Of a stretch of 64,000 bases of DNA, positions 23,319 to 37,390 are shown in pieces. A model generated the notes under the pieces. The model searched no databases. It worked only from the letters and a program-made list of their open reading frames with translations, and had not been told where the DNA came from. Made by a program: the position numbers and the translations under genes. Source of the DNA: Tubiluchus corallicola (Eukaryota > Animalia > Priapulida); the NCBI GenBank assembly GCA_030141605.1, contig JAQGDQ010000314.1:62001-126000 (forward strand), written 5' to 3'. Within the stretch, counting starts at the first letter, position 1. Every line of letters begins with the position of its first letter.

Positions 23319-26300
23319 GTAAGTTTGATTTTTTTATTTTGGGGGTACGTGAGACGTGCACATTATTTTATGCTGTAGGAGGAATCAAGTTGCTGTAGCA
23401 AAGTGTGGTACGTCTATCTAGACTGTTTGGTGGCTTTGGTAATAATTATATGTTTCAAGCTATTTTGATTGACATCGTCATCATCACCAGTTGCCGTTGT
23501 CCTAATTATTTGCACCATCGCTGTCATGATCACTATCATATCGCCTTAATTGTTATTAGTATTTCTATCAGCCACAGTCAAGCCTTAAGTCAGGAAGGAA
23601 ATAGTTTAAATAAGTATTCTCGCCTTTGATTAAACGCGTTAAATCATCGAACTTAAAATTAATTCGTGATAGAATGACTTGAGTGAACGGAAAAGTAAGA
23701 CATAACAGTTTATTAGTTTCTGGAGTGATATGAAAGTTAGTTTGTGTGGAAATGGTTAGCAAAATGTCATTAAACTAACCTTGGTTTGTATCCTCTGGTC
23801 TGCTTAGGTACCTTCGCTGGATTCCAGCTAAGTACCATTCTTTGTTCAAAACTTAGCCCTAACTTGACACAGATGCACAGTAATGTGAACTTTCCCTTGT
23901 AAATTTTTCTCTCATCAAAATGTAGCGTGTTCTTCATTCAGTACCCCATTATTGAGTCCGTCACTCATTAATTCACACAGTTATTCACTTGTTCAGACAA
24001 TTAATTAGTCAGATGCGTCAGAAGAACCTAGATAGCATAACTGGTCTGTGATTAGGCCTCTGCATTAACGCCAAATTGTTCTACCTTCAATAATTTATTA
24101 ATTTACCCAATTCACTTACTGTCATATAAGTCGGTAAACTTCATCCTAGAATGTGTTTTAAGTGCATCAGTTGTTATCCAGCGTAATCTAAATATTGACT
24201 TACGTCTTGAGGAAGCTGTATGGTGTAGAGGAAGTCCAGCCTCCAGTAGAGGCCAGTTTTTTTCTGCAGTTTTATAGATCTTGATATCGTTTTCTGCACA
24301 CTTCCGTCTCTCCCCACCCTAGTACACGCGCCCTTAGTAGCCCTGGGCCACTTGAAGGACTGTCTCACTGTTGACATATGATTAGCCCACTGTCCAAAGT
24401 GAATGAATGAGATAGCCGAACGATCGATGGAACGTGAAAACAGGGTTTTTACAAGAATCAAATGGTTTTATTAGTTAAATTAACTACAACAGGTGTTTTT
24501 TAAATTAGAATTGTAAGTAAATAAAGTTTGTATGGGACAATGAATCGATAATTTCCCATTTGGGAAGATTTTTTTCATACATCCAAGTGTAAACAAAGAT
24601 TTTCTGATTACTTAGCCGACGTTGAAGTGCAAATAGTAATCTGCAGCCCCTGAGATTTCTCTTTGTCTAGAAATTAAATGATCATTGTAAATTCTTAATA
24701 AGCACGCACTCATAAAAGCTACTCAGTGAGTATTTGCTTAATCGTTTTTCTTGAACAAAACTAAAGTGTTCATTTTGCCACGTTTATGATACGCAAAGCT
24801 CGTAATTTGGTCTATAACCTACATGTTTTCCTCGGTAATTTAGTTAAGTACTTGTGATGGTGTGGAACGGATTAGAGTGGTGCAGTTTTGAGATGTACTA
24901 GCTTCTATCTTCTGGTATTTTTTCGTGTTTTATCTATTTTTTATTATTTCTGGTAGTTCTGAATAATATGACACACTACTATTGCTTATAAATATATATA
25001 ATAATAATAATGATATATAATATATATGTGTATGATCAATAATAGTATCTTATATTATTGCTATTGATATGTATATCAGTGTATTGGATATATGTGTGTG
25101 TGTGCGTGCGTGCGTGTGTGTGAGGTTTTCTTATTTATGTTTTATGACAATATATCATTTTACTGAGTTTTTTATATTTGGTATTCTAATATCAGAGTGT
25201 ATTATGCTGCCCGCTCTAAGTCAATGCTATACCATACAAATTGTGCTTTATTGTTGCTCTTCTTTCTTGTTTTTTAGCATTTTAGTGAAACTTCGACTTG
25301 AGATATTATTTTGTATTTTGTTGTAGTTTTCGTTAGGTTACATTATATTAGTGTTAATTTACTTAACGTAAAACACCTATAGTCCTTTGTAACGTATCGA
25401 AGGCCCACAGCACAGCATAATAACATTATATACTATTAGTTCACTTCGCAATTAAAAATCAATAATCAGCTGAAAGCATTTTGGATTCATCCAATGTTCA
25501 AACTGCCATTGAAGCCACTCAAGAGTCTCAATGCCTTGTAGTTTAATGAAGCAAGTGGATTCTATAACTGACTAAGACCTATTCAGGGTTTATTGACATT
25601 GTAAGCTGTAGTCACTTATGCAGAAACTCGTACATGCATTAACTTCGTGCACTGTGTTGTATCTTCACTTGAAAAGAACATTAATATTGCAAGAATGAAA
25701 AGGAATTTTGGAGTCTTCTTATTTGTTCAGTTATTATTTATCAGCCAACTATCATAAATATTACTGTCATTTTAAGATCTATCTTACTTTACAAAGACTT
25801 TTTATTCTATACTCCATGACAGTGAAAAGTTAGAAACAGCGTTGACGATTTCGTATTTTAGTTTTTGCTATTGAACTTTTGTTGCTCTCGCACATACAGT
25901 AATATGCGTCTCTTGTTGGTATCATTTGATGATGATTATGGCTTCATTTTCTCTCTATTTCCCAGTTATCCTCCTTTTATCAATTTCTTCTTAAATCTTC
26001 AGTCGATTATTAGCAATTTTCTTACCTCCAGCAAGACAAAAGAATGTGAAAACTGAAACTTGGCTTCCTTGAATATTGTTACCAGATGCGTCTAAGTATA
26101 GCCATTTCTTGCTTTCTGTTGGACTTTATACCTCTTGAAGAGAGATGTCTTCAACATGAATCATCAGAGTCAAGATTTTAATGTGTGGACGTCTATGCTT
26201 GTCTGATCCCCGAGGCTGGACAGGCTCATGTGGTGCAGATTTCCTCAACAGATTTTGATCAAAACACCCAGCAATTTTATGCAAAAACAAAAAGTAAAAT

Positions 26301-26555
26301 GTGCAGAAATAACAATGTATTTGGAGAAGTGCACTTTGTAAAGCAGACATAGTAAAATGTTGCTAGTATATGCTCACAGAGTTTATTGTACGTATATTGC
26401 ACATACGTAATTTAGTTACCACTCACTGTACACTTTTTATCTAATCATGTTTAAGTACAAACAGGCTTATTTAGGTTAGTTTTGTCGACGTATTTTTGCT
26501 GCTATGTTCATTTTTTGATATAAATTCCCTCATATAAAACCAGACTTGACAGTAA

Positions 26556-26606
26556 TCACTCTAATTAAGAGGCTGTACTTAGTCACTCTAATTAAGAGGC
26601 TGTACT
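26556..26606. repeat. Local tandem duplication, 27-bp period
   Basis: tcactctaattaagaggctgtact occurs twice. Confidence 0.9.
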
Positions 26607-29600
26607 AAGATAAGGCGAGATACGCTTTCTTGTGCAAAGGATGTAAGAATAATAGCCATTGTAATTTTGTTTTATGTGCTTTAACTATTTTGTATAGTGT
26701 TTCGTATTTTTTATGAATCAAAATGAAGAAAAAGCCAAAAATTGCTGGAATAAAAGCGCCAAAAGGCCTAAAATCGCTAAGACGCTTACTTCAAAGCCAC
26801 ACTGGAAATATTTTTGGGAAATTTAAGTAAGATGTTATGACGCTAAAATTTAGGAAGCGAAACGTAAGGTATGATCAGAATCGGTGATTTTTTTTACTTC
26901 GGACGTAGTAGTGAAGAAAGCAATCCCTTTTTGATTCCCGGACTGAACTTTCTGAGTAAACTAAACTTGGTGTTTGCAAATTGAAGCCAGATTTCTGCAC
27001 CCTGGTTGTTTTGATACCACGTCGAGGCAGGCAAAGAAAAGCTTGCATTGCAAACGCAACGGTTTTTTCAGAGCTAATGCGAACGTCTGGTTTCTCGTTG
27101 CCTGTAAAGAGACTGAGGCTGCCGAAGTTTTTTTTTTGTGAGTTGTAATGCTGCATAACTGAAGCCCCGAGCTGTCAGATAACACGTTATTGTCACTCAC
27201 CAGGCGTGGACGAAATGGAGTTACCAATGTCTGCAACCTTTGGCATTGTTCGGGTAACTTAAACATTAATTTGTTGCAGCCAGAACTGCTGTGCAACTTA
27301 AGTAGGTCGTAAAATACGTAAGATTGCATAATGTCGAAAATACAAAAGTGCAGTAATCCATTACGTGAAAGTTGGAAGCAGATGGTGGTTACAAGCAGCA
27401 TCCTGTCTGCTAATAGTCACAGCACCAAAAATAATCATTGTTTTTCGTATGAAGTTCAAGTACGTGCATATACATTTTTGTAATGAAAGGTCAGATGCCC
27501 TGAAATGTTGTGTGCAGCTTATATTGGCACTACGTCAATCCGACTCCTAGATATGAAGTTCACATGTAATGCTCACTTATCATAATATATTAATGAGTAT
27601 TATTAACCTATCACAAGTCGCATTTAAGCATTTTTATGTGTTACGTTAAGCAATTTACAATGACCAGATATTCTTAACCATACCCAGCTTTAGTATGGTG
27701 CCATACTCTGTGTTTCTTAGTTTCATGGTTTTGAATCAGGTATCATAAGCCACCTGTATCTTACACCTAAAACTATTTAACCTATACAATTTAGTGCTTC
27801 ACAACGGCCTGTCAGGCCAGGATGTCCTGAAACAGTGTGCGCTCTAGATAATATCATGCTAATGTGGCACCCTATTCCATAGTTCACACATCTGATTTCC
27901 AACTTCGTGTAAATACTGCTGGTTATTACAGCTGAGCATCATTATTATATGTCTTGGAGGTTATGAGTACAAACGCGCCACGTGCCTTACTGATTGCTAT
28001 CATATGGCTTTGAGGCTAAAAGCCTTTTTCTTGACGTCATGAAGAATATGAAGGTTCATGTGGTTTGCCAGCAAAAGAACTATAGATGGACTTAAAGTCG
28101 ATAGTCTTGCGTCAATTTTTTTATATCAAACGTTGAGTGTTACTGGCAATGATCGCTTAGAACACTTGTGCCAACTGCCATGCATCGTGAGGCTAGTACA
28201 TACGTACACAGAAGTGTGGTCGTAAACAGTTCGCACATCTGTCACAATTAATAACTTTCACGCTATCTGTAGGCTGAGTTCTCTTATTCTCCGAGATTGC
28301 TGTTTGTTTCCTGTTGGCGTATACACGTTTTTGCTATCGTTTGTTTCCACGTGTCTTAAAGAAATGTACGTGCTACATAGAATAGTTTTGTAGAACTATA
28401 GTTTTGCCAAACATATAGGCTTTACGTTTTATCATGTTTGCGTCATTGTAACATCAGTTATATTAACATCTAGCTGTGAGAGTAGGTCAAGATCAGTTTT
28501 ATATCCCATTTTTGTGTATTGCAGTTGCTATTATTGTTCAAGAACACTCGCACCACCATTACTTTTATGCCAACATGCCAATATAAGTACTAGATTAAAC
28601 GTTAGACTTCTTTGTTTGATTTTTATATTTCACCCCAGAATAATACATGATAAGAAGGAAGAAAATAAGAAGAAGACAGAAAATTTACCCAAAGTAGAAT
28701 CACAGACTAGCTGTAGTTCTACGAATGTTCGAGAATGTATGGATGTAGGCGTTTCCTGATTTTGTCATGTGGACTGTCCACTTGCCAGGGTTTCATATAA
28801 CGTTTTGTAGAGTACATAACGTAGTATTTGATTTCTCTCCCTACACATCCCCACACAGTTTTCGGTCGACTGTTTGGTTGTGGACTTCCGTGCTTAAGGT
28901 TGCTGACACTTGTTACGCAATAGTGACACTTCTCACACAGCGCACAACAGTGAAACCAAATTATTACAAGTGTGGTAGGCTGGTAGCAACAAGATCTTGA
29001 GTGAGTGAAACCAATTCGTTCACGGAATTACCAGCTGTATTGGAATCCATAAGGCACTTATCTGATCATTGACGTCCGGCAGCGCTTGTCGTTCCGTTTT
29101 GATTGTCTTTGTACAGATGCTACCACGAAGTTCCTTATGGCTTCAGTGTTCTGTTTACTTTTTTGGTTGCTTTTATTTTTCGTTCTGTCTTGTACTGTTT
29201 CTCTTTCTCTGTCTTCTCTCTTCCTCTGTCTTTCTTTCCTGTCCCTCTTCCCATCTCTCCCCGTCCCACACCCCTTCTCACTCTTTCAGTTAGCACTCTA
29301 ACATTCGAATAAATTCTGATTTTTTCTCCCCCTCTCTTTACATATGTAGTTAATGTATGTATGTATATGTAGATATAGTAAATGAATGTATGCGCCCAGT
29401 TTTAAAAAACAAAAGTGTGTCCGAAAGATTCGTTAAGAAGCATTTTTACGAATAAGCTGGCATCACTTTTAGTTCAAATGTCAAACGCACACGTTCAATT
29501 TCTGCATGGAGTATAGAAGCTTATATTATGCAGTTAGCAAAAGTTACATTAATGTAATCAGCAACAGATGTGTGAACTTTGAAGGCTTCTTGGTAGCGCT

Positions 29601-29650
29601 TACATTACAGGTTGTCACGTCCCAAGTGGTTTGCTAATTGGAGATGCGAG

Positions 29651-29651
<1 letters not shown>

Positions 29652-29735
<84 letters not shown>

Positions 29736-29858
29736 GAGGGAGGGGGAGGGAGAGAGAGAGATTTTACTTTTCATTTCAAACCAGTTGTTCATATCACAAA
29801 GCATTTAAATATTTACAACAAGAAACAAACACATACGCACACACACATACGCACGCAC

Positions 29859-29897
<39 letters not shown>
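29652..29897. repeat. (GA)n and (CA)n microsatellites
   Basis: Directly visible. Confidence 0.95.
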
Positions 29898-29898
<1 letters not shown>

Positions 29899-31809
29899 GG
29901 GTATAACGTTTCTGTTAAATAGTACACGTGACACGTTTGAAAACAGTTTGGGGCAAATAAGGGAACGCAGGCAAATAATGGTGAAAAAATGAGCAGGTGA
30001 TTGGAAGAAGTGCAATCTTATGCTAATTAATACCTCTTATACCAGGATGGGTGGATACAACAATTACACAGTTAATAGTAAATTCCACCAATGGAGACTC
30101 ATATGAGACGTAAATTTTGCATCTCTATGTAGTACATACATATTGACATATGATATTGGTACTAGCATTCACACTAGTAATTATTCTAAATACACATTTC
30201 CTATAGATAACATCAAAATTATACCAAGCTGGAGAGCACGAGCACTATAATCATATTCATGTTTAAAAATCGTTTTGAAACAACTTTGAGTTTTCTTATA
30301 AATTAAAATGCCTCGAAGTGGCCATACAGTAAAAGCTACTGAAATGTATTAAAAGTGCAAATTTATTTTTACTTTAACCCTTTCATACCCGTTGTATCCC
30401 TTGGGATACGAGAATATTTTCTGCCTTTAAAATTAATAAAATTTTAAAACTGACAGTTATTTGATCTGTTAATAGTTATTTTGATTTAAGTCAATAACAA
30501 TAGACTAAAATGGTGATAAAATGGCAAACTAGAAAATCTACATAGCATAAAAAACTGTGCAAGGTACAATACTTTACAGACGACTTTGCACACATCAGCA
30601 TAGCATGCATGCTGAATGTCTTAAATACTTTAAAAAATTATCAGCAGTTGCAAAATGAAGCACATTTTATGCTTCCATTGAATCCCAATGTATCCCGTGG
30701 GATACAGGCTATATTTAGCACGCGGGCACAGGTAGAAAATAATAATTATTATGTGTAAACAAGATGGACAGACATACTGAACAAAAGTACCAAAACAAAA
30801 AAAATTTCTTATTTAAAAAATATGACTGAAAGGGTTAACTGAACAATTCCTTCGTCTTTTTTCTGCTTTTCCTATTGCTTACGGCTTAAATCTGTTTAAA
30901 TAGAGCAGCTCTAGTTACCAAGTCGGTGTTAATTAGTGCAAGTGGTTATAAAATCATTTATATCCCGTGATAAACTTTCTGTGTTTGGCCATTACTCTTC
31001 CCTGTCTCTTTTGTTTTTCTCTTGACTTTATTACAGACTATTGAACGAAGCTGGTTAAATTTATGGCAAGAGACGAGGCGAATTCAACAGGCAACAGACT
31101 TGCATTTCAATACGATGCGTATACAGTTGTTCACTGTACAAATATGTAAGAATGGGATCCTAGACTATTCTTCTAAAACATGTAAAACGTGTACAGACAA
31201 GATATAATAAACGATTGAACAAGCAAACAAAAGGCAAATAAAGAAACAATGAAATGATAAAGAAACCTGATAGTCAGCGGGTAACTAAGCAAACAAATCA
31301 AGCAAGCGAAACTGTTAAGCATCGTATTATATATAGTTAATGTATTGTAATCACAAACTTTGTTGTGATGGTGTTTCTGAATAACAAAAACTAAAATAAA
31401 CTTAAAATTTATGTTGACGTTGCAACCAGTGATGTAAAATTTCCAGTAGAATCTAGTGTCGCTTGTTGAAAAAAAGTTCTTTAGAGGTAAACAACGTTGT
31501 TGAAAGGCTACTTTATCAAGTTTTACGGCCAAAATTATACTTTAGGCCTGCATATTATACAAAATTGAAATTGTATGCTGTGTAGCAAACAATATCTACA
31601 GATCAGAAAATATTTTCTTAGGGCTGTTGCTACCGTCTTAACACTATACCGTCCATCCTGGTATAAGAGAGGTATTTAATTAGCATAAGATTGCACCTGT
31701 TCCTATCACCTGCCCATTCTTTTACCATTATTTACCTGCGTTCCCTTATTTGCCCCAAACTGTTTTCACACGTGTCACGTGTTCTATTTAACAGCAACAT
31801 CATACCTGT
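29897..31809. mobile_element. ~1.9-kb non-autonomous DNA transposon with ~150-bp terminal inverted repeats
   Basis: 29900-30050 (ctgttaaatagtacacgtgacacg...aaacagtttggggcaaataagggaacgcagg...cttataccaggatgg) is the imperfect reverse complement of 31653-31808. Confidence 0.88.
30378..30834. mobile_element. piggyBac-type MITE nested in the long-TIR element
   Basis: TTAA|CCCTTTCA ... TGAAAGGG|TTAA, with two internal copies of the palindrome gtatccc.tgggatac. Confidence 0.85.
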
Positions 31810-32274
31810 CTAAGTAATGAGTATGAATAGGTTAGGTGGTCTAAGCCTGCTGGCGTTCCTAGTTATCATCTTCAAGATTGTAAAACTAAGAGCTCTGGTG
31901 ATGGCTTGCTACGGCTGCTATTCCTTAACTCTTTTTTGTAAGAATAAATTAGTGATGCTATGTTATGTATGTGAATGATCGTGTGATGCAGGTGCGAGTT
32001 CAGGTACGCAGGTGCAAGCTGTTACTAAACCATTACAGGTAACAAAACTTTTTTAAATTAGGTTTTTTATGACGTTGTATAGCTAATGGTCGTCAAAAGT
32101 AATGGCTTGTAGTGCAGTTTTTTACTGCAGCTTTTCATTCTTTTCATTTTTTCTGTCTTCCATACTTATGCGTTCTTTCGTTCTCCCCCTCTTCCCCCTT
32201 TCTTTCTCTCGTTTTGTTATTTTGACTTTTCATCTCCCACACTATCTTTCCATGCCTGTCTGCCGCTCCCTAGC

Positions 32275-32284
32275 CCTCTTTCTT

Positions 32285-32316
<32 letters not shown>

Positions 32317-32317
32317 T

Positions 32318-32408
<91 letters not shown>
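32275..32408. repeat. (CT)n microsatellite
   Basis: Directly visible. Confidence 0.96.
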
Positions 32409-32411
<3 letters not shown>

Positions 32412-35282
32412 TCCACTTGCTTTTTTCTCTGACTTGTTTGGTTTTGTTTTCTTCCTCAAAAGAAGAAAACTTCTCTCTTCTTCCTTGTTTTCTTGCCTTT
32501 TTATTTTTTTCCTTTTACTTGTGCTTGGATATTTCCAAGCTTTTTTCAATAATCTTCACGTTGTCTGTGATCCAACTATTGATAAATGAACTAAATTGCA
32601 AAAGAAAATTATGTTACATGTAATGTTGTTATTTTTGTTGACGTTGTCGTTGCCGTTGCCGTTTTCACTACCGCCTCCGCTATCGCTGCGTTTGCTGTTC
32701 GTAAACATATTTTTGTAGTTAAAGCGACGACCGCTAGAGGGAGTAGGTGGGCCGAGACACATTTATTGTTTAGATCTGGTTACCATACACAAATGGTATA
32801 AATTTACTCATGCATTACGCAGGTGATACAAATGTTCAGCGTCAGTGGAGTAATTACTGTAAATTAAAAGCTCAATTTTCTTAAGTATAGCGAGTAAAAT
32901 CAATTATATGTAATAATGTACGCAAATAGCTGTGATTACGACGCAGGAAATAAAGTGATGACCAAACAAATCTAATTAAATGGAGTTTTTGGGTTTTTGT
33001 ACAAAAAATTCGACGAACAAATGATCTAACGAACGAATAAGTAAATTAGTAAACGATAACGAACTAGTGGGAGAATTCATGAGTGTGTGAAAGTATTGTG
33101 ATTAATAAAAAAGAAAAAAGCAACGAATTAGCGAAAAACGAATGAGTGGTTACATAAGGAATGAAGGCTCTCGTCGAAGCTGTAGCCTGGAATCTTATAT
33201 ATATAAATATACCAAGAATATTAATATAATAGATTACGAAGTAGCAATACATAACTAAAAGGGTGGATAATGAAATGAAAAGAGACGTATCTGGCGAAGA
33301 ACTCTCCTTCCCTCCTCTTTTGTGCCATGGTTCTCTACATCTGGTTTACCATTAACTTATTGCTGATCCCTTATTACCCCTCTGATATTTCAGTAAGCTC
33401 ATTATTGTTTAATCGGCGTCAGTGTTTTGCTGTTTAACTACCGCAGAGAAATCATATTGACAGTAATTATTATTGATGCAATTATGAAGCAATTTGACTA
33501 AACGAGTAGGCTGTTACTTTAGTTACCATTACTCCCTCGCTGTTATTTTATTTAAAGTCTTAGAGTACGATGTTGTCAAATAAAATTAGTTACTGTACAT
33601 ATAGTACAATGTTCTTTTCTTAAGAGTTTTGTTACTAAGAATGTAATATTCATGCCAAATTTACTAACATTTTGACATTATTTGTGCTCATTGTTCAGCG
33701 TTAGTCCAGTTACTGAATGGATGCAGTACTGCTAAACTCTTTACGATGCTTTTTTTGTATTTTTACTGTGTATTAGTACTTGAACTGAATTAACTAATTA
33801 GTAAAAAAACTTGAATTGGTATTTAAAAAAAACTGAAAAATGTGATTTGGATGCTAGCTTAGAAATTTCGAAATGTTTTGAAATTTTGTTTAGTTTGTTT
33901 TATTGCATCTATGTATGGAAAATTTAATACCCGCTCATTTGTATTACTGGTTACTAAATTACGTGTTGTATAATGACAGGCGATGGTTTGACACTAGGGA
34001 GCGCTTCCGTGATTATTCTGCCAGACATGAGTTGTCAATAATCATTAGAGTTGCTAAATTACATTACACTAAAGTGAAAATTACCCAGGAGTGGTAATAG
34101 GTTTGCGAGATGTCGGCTTTGCTATCACGAGGATCACTTGTAGTTCTCTGTCAAGCCGACATCGTCTCAAATTCACATGAATAAGTAGGATTGATTTTTA
34201 TTTTTCGCCCCAAACAAGCTGTCTGGTGTATAAAAATTGTGCTATAGTAACATATAGTTTTATCCATGTAATTTCGATGTTTTAAATTTTTCCGATTTAC
34301 TGAACTGGATTAACTAAGCTCGGCATTTCTCGAGACAGGCAGTTTTATTCTGAAATTACATTTTCTCTGCTTGGCCCTTGACCTAGGCCTTAGCAAGAAG
34401 GTAGGTCATAAAACTGCACTTATTAGGGACTTCGCTAGCACTGTGAAAATGTAACATTTCAGCATCTTGAAATAACCCTTTGAGAACATGTTTATTTGTT
34501 TGTTTAAAATTTTGTAGAGTTTTAGCATGCGTGTGCGGTCGCTTGTACGCATAGGTAAGACTTTTGAAAACGTTTCCGCTCTTGACCTTCAGAAATCTAT
34601 TGTCTGTTATTAAGGATGATGGCACTTGATGCAATTGGCTGGCTTAGCTGACATTCTTAACCGTGCTGTGAGGCACGTCGAGCGTTTGCATCGCTTAACA
34701 CCGGGGACATCTTTTTCCAAATTAAGTGGTTTAAAAAATATTAAAACAAGGTCAAGTGAAATTCGCACTTTTCTTATAACGGAAAAACAATTTTGGATGC
34801 TTCTTTTGCCCCTGCTCAGGGCCAGTTAAATAAGGCTAAACCAACGGCTTTTGTTTGTTTGGCAGACTAATTAGAACTCGGCTTAGTCAAATGCTCCAAG
34901 ATGTTTTGTTTTTGCAGGCTTTGTCTTTCGTTTTAGTGATATAATGCAGCAATGCAATCTGCGCAAATTTCATAATGCCTTAGTGCATTTGAATAGCTGT
35001 CAAATGTAACAAATTTAGAGCGATTTGAATACTTTTTGCGAAATTTTATGCAGAAATGAATGCTCTGCAGTTTTTATGTTGAACAGTTTTAGATACAAGT
35101 GATCATTTGGAAGCTAGAAGGCTTTGAAATAAAAATTTTGTGAAAAAATTGAAAATATTTCGAATTATCCTCTCAACTGCTCCATTGAATAAAAAAATCT
35201 AAATTTGAATTTACGATGCTAGAAAGAAAATTTAATTCTCTTTCGGAAAATATAAAGTTTGCGCTAGTATCTCACGCAGCTA

Positions 35283-35382
35283 GGCCATTAATAAAAAGGC
35301 CCATTATGAGCAGTTTTATTTGGGGATGTGCACTAGTATCTCACGCAGCTAGGCCATTATGAGCAGTTTTATTCGGGGATGT
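35283..35382. repeat. Local imperfect tandem duplication
   Basis: ctagtatctcacgcagctaggccatta and gagcagttttatt.ggggatgt each occur twice. Confidence 0.8.
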
Positions 35383-37054
35383 CAAAACTACACAAAGATT
35401 CGTCGTCGTGTAGGAGTTAATAGTGTTCTATTTTCTATTCAATAATATGTGTTGCGTTTATTTTGTCAATAAATAACATTAAATGTCTACTTGTTGTTTT
35501 GTTTGTTTGTTCATAACCTAGGAAAAGACGACGACTCATTAGTGAATCACACGGCAGTATCACTTCCTGTAATAGCGCAAGCAAAACACCAAATTTATTG
35601 CACAAAGAAACTTGCACATATATGGCTATCATGGCTATTGACACAATTTATGCTAAGTGCGTATCTATTGACACAGTGTGCGCTATCCTCGTATCCTCTG
35701 ATACGTAGACCAATTTGCTCCTAGTTAGGGCAGTTGGCACGTGCCGGGTAGCCAAACAAAAGTGGTTCCTATTAAAATTTGTACCGGTTCCTTGTCTTTG
35801 TGTGAGGGCCTGGACGAACGCATTCTTACCTGTTGGGGTACGGGAACACATTAATAATTTTTTACTGATCAGCCTATTATTATCTGAGAGCTTGTCTTAG
35901 ATATTACAGGCCGTATACATGCTATTTGCACATTTTTCACTTAGATTGCGCTTATGGTGGCTTTTGTTTTAATTTTCACTCACTAAATAATTGAGTTTTA
36001 TCCCTTTGATCTACGTTATCAGGGCAGTACGGGGATAAAGGGGTTTAGACGGCTGCCCGTCAACTTAGGACGCTTTGTTCAATAGTGAGTACAATGCCCA
36101 GGTTGGAGTTTACGCTCTATCGACGAGCAGCTGTCGTAATTACGTCACGTAAGCGTAGCCTAGTAATAATATCATGCCTGTATAATAATTAGCGATTTGC
36201 AGTTCAGTAGTATCGTGTATTTTTATCAGTGCGTGAAGGGACGAGGAAATTACCTGCGAGCTAGTCAAAACAGTGGCTGCACTAGTCGTATTGTTGTGGT
36301 GCAACTTGCAAAGTGTATGTAAAGCTTGCAATGTTCTTGAAGTTTTTGTGTTGTTGCTCATGGCAGACAGGTCAGCTTCCGGTTTGAGTTCAGCTTAGCG
36401 TTGTGTGTGAAATTGAATTTTGGAATTGATTCGTTATTTGCGAAACAGTTTTGAAACTGGGATTTGTGGTTTTACTTCGTTCTCCTTTTTTGCCGATTAC
36501 CTTTTTCTAGCTTTCTTTTATTAAGAACCTCTTTTCGCTCTTCCCTCATCCATTTTCCTTCAGTTTTTTTACTGAAGCTCCGTGTACCATAGCATCCACT
36601 TCTTCCTGCTCCGCAATCTCCTTTTTCGCATCTGCGCATATTTACTTTTTTCCCTTTTTTTATATAAACATATTTTTTTATTTTATTGCTACCTTTAGTA
36701 TACAGTTGTTCACTGATCAATCATAACCTAGGTAATTTGTTAGATGAAAACATATACATATGACAAAATAAAAATCTTTTTGTCTAGCAATACAATTTCA
36801 AACTGTCGTTAATGTCTAACAAAATGAGATATCACATGTGGGTCCCCTCTGCTAAAACGGCTGGTACGCCTACGTAATTCTGAACAGTGTTAAATAAAGT
36901 GACCTTTTGGTCGTTATTTAGTGAGGAATTGTAAGTTTAGATTGAGTATTAAGACTATTTATATCAAATGGAAATAATTTTTTTGATATATGTTTTCACT
37001 CTACTCATATTACATGTAGAATCTTTTCTCTTTTGCTGCCAATTCTTGCCCTCA

Positions 37055-37390
<336 letters not shown>

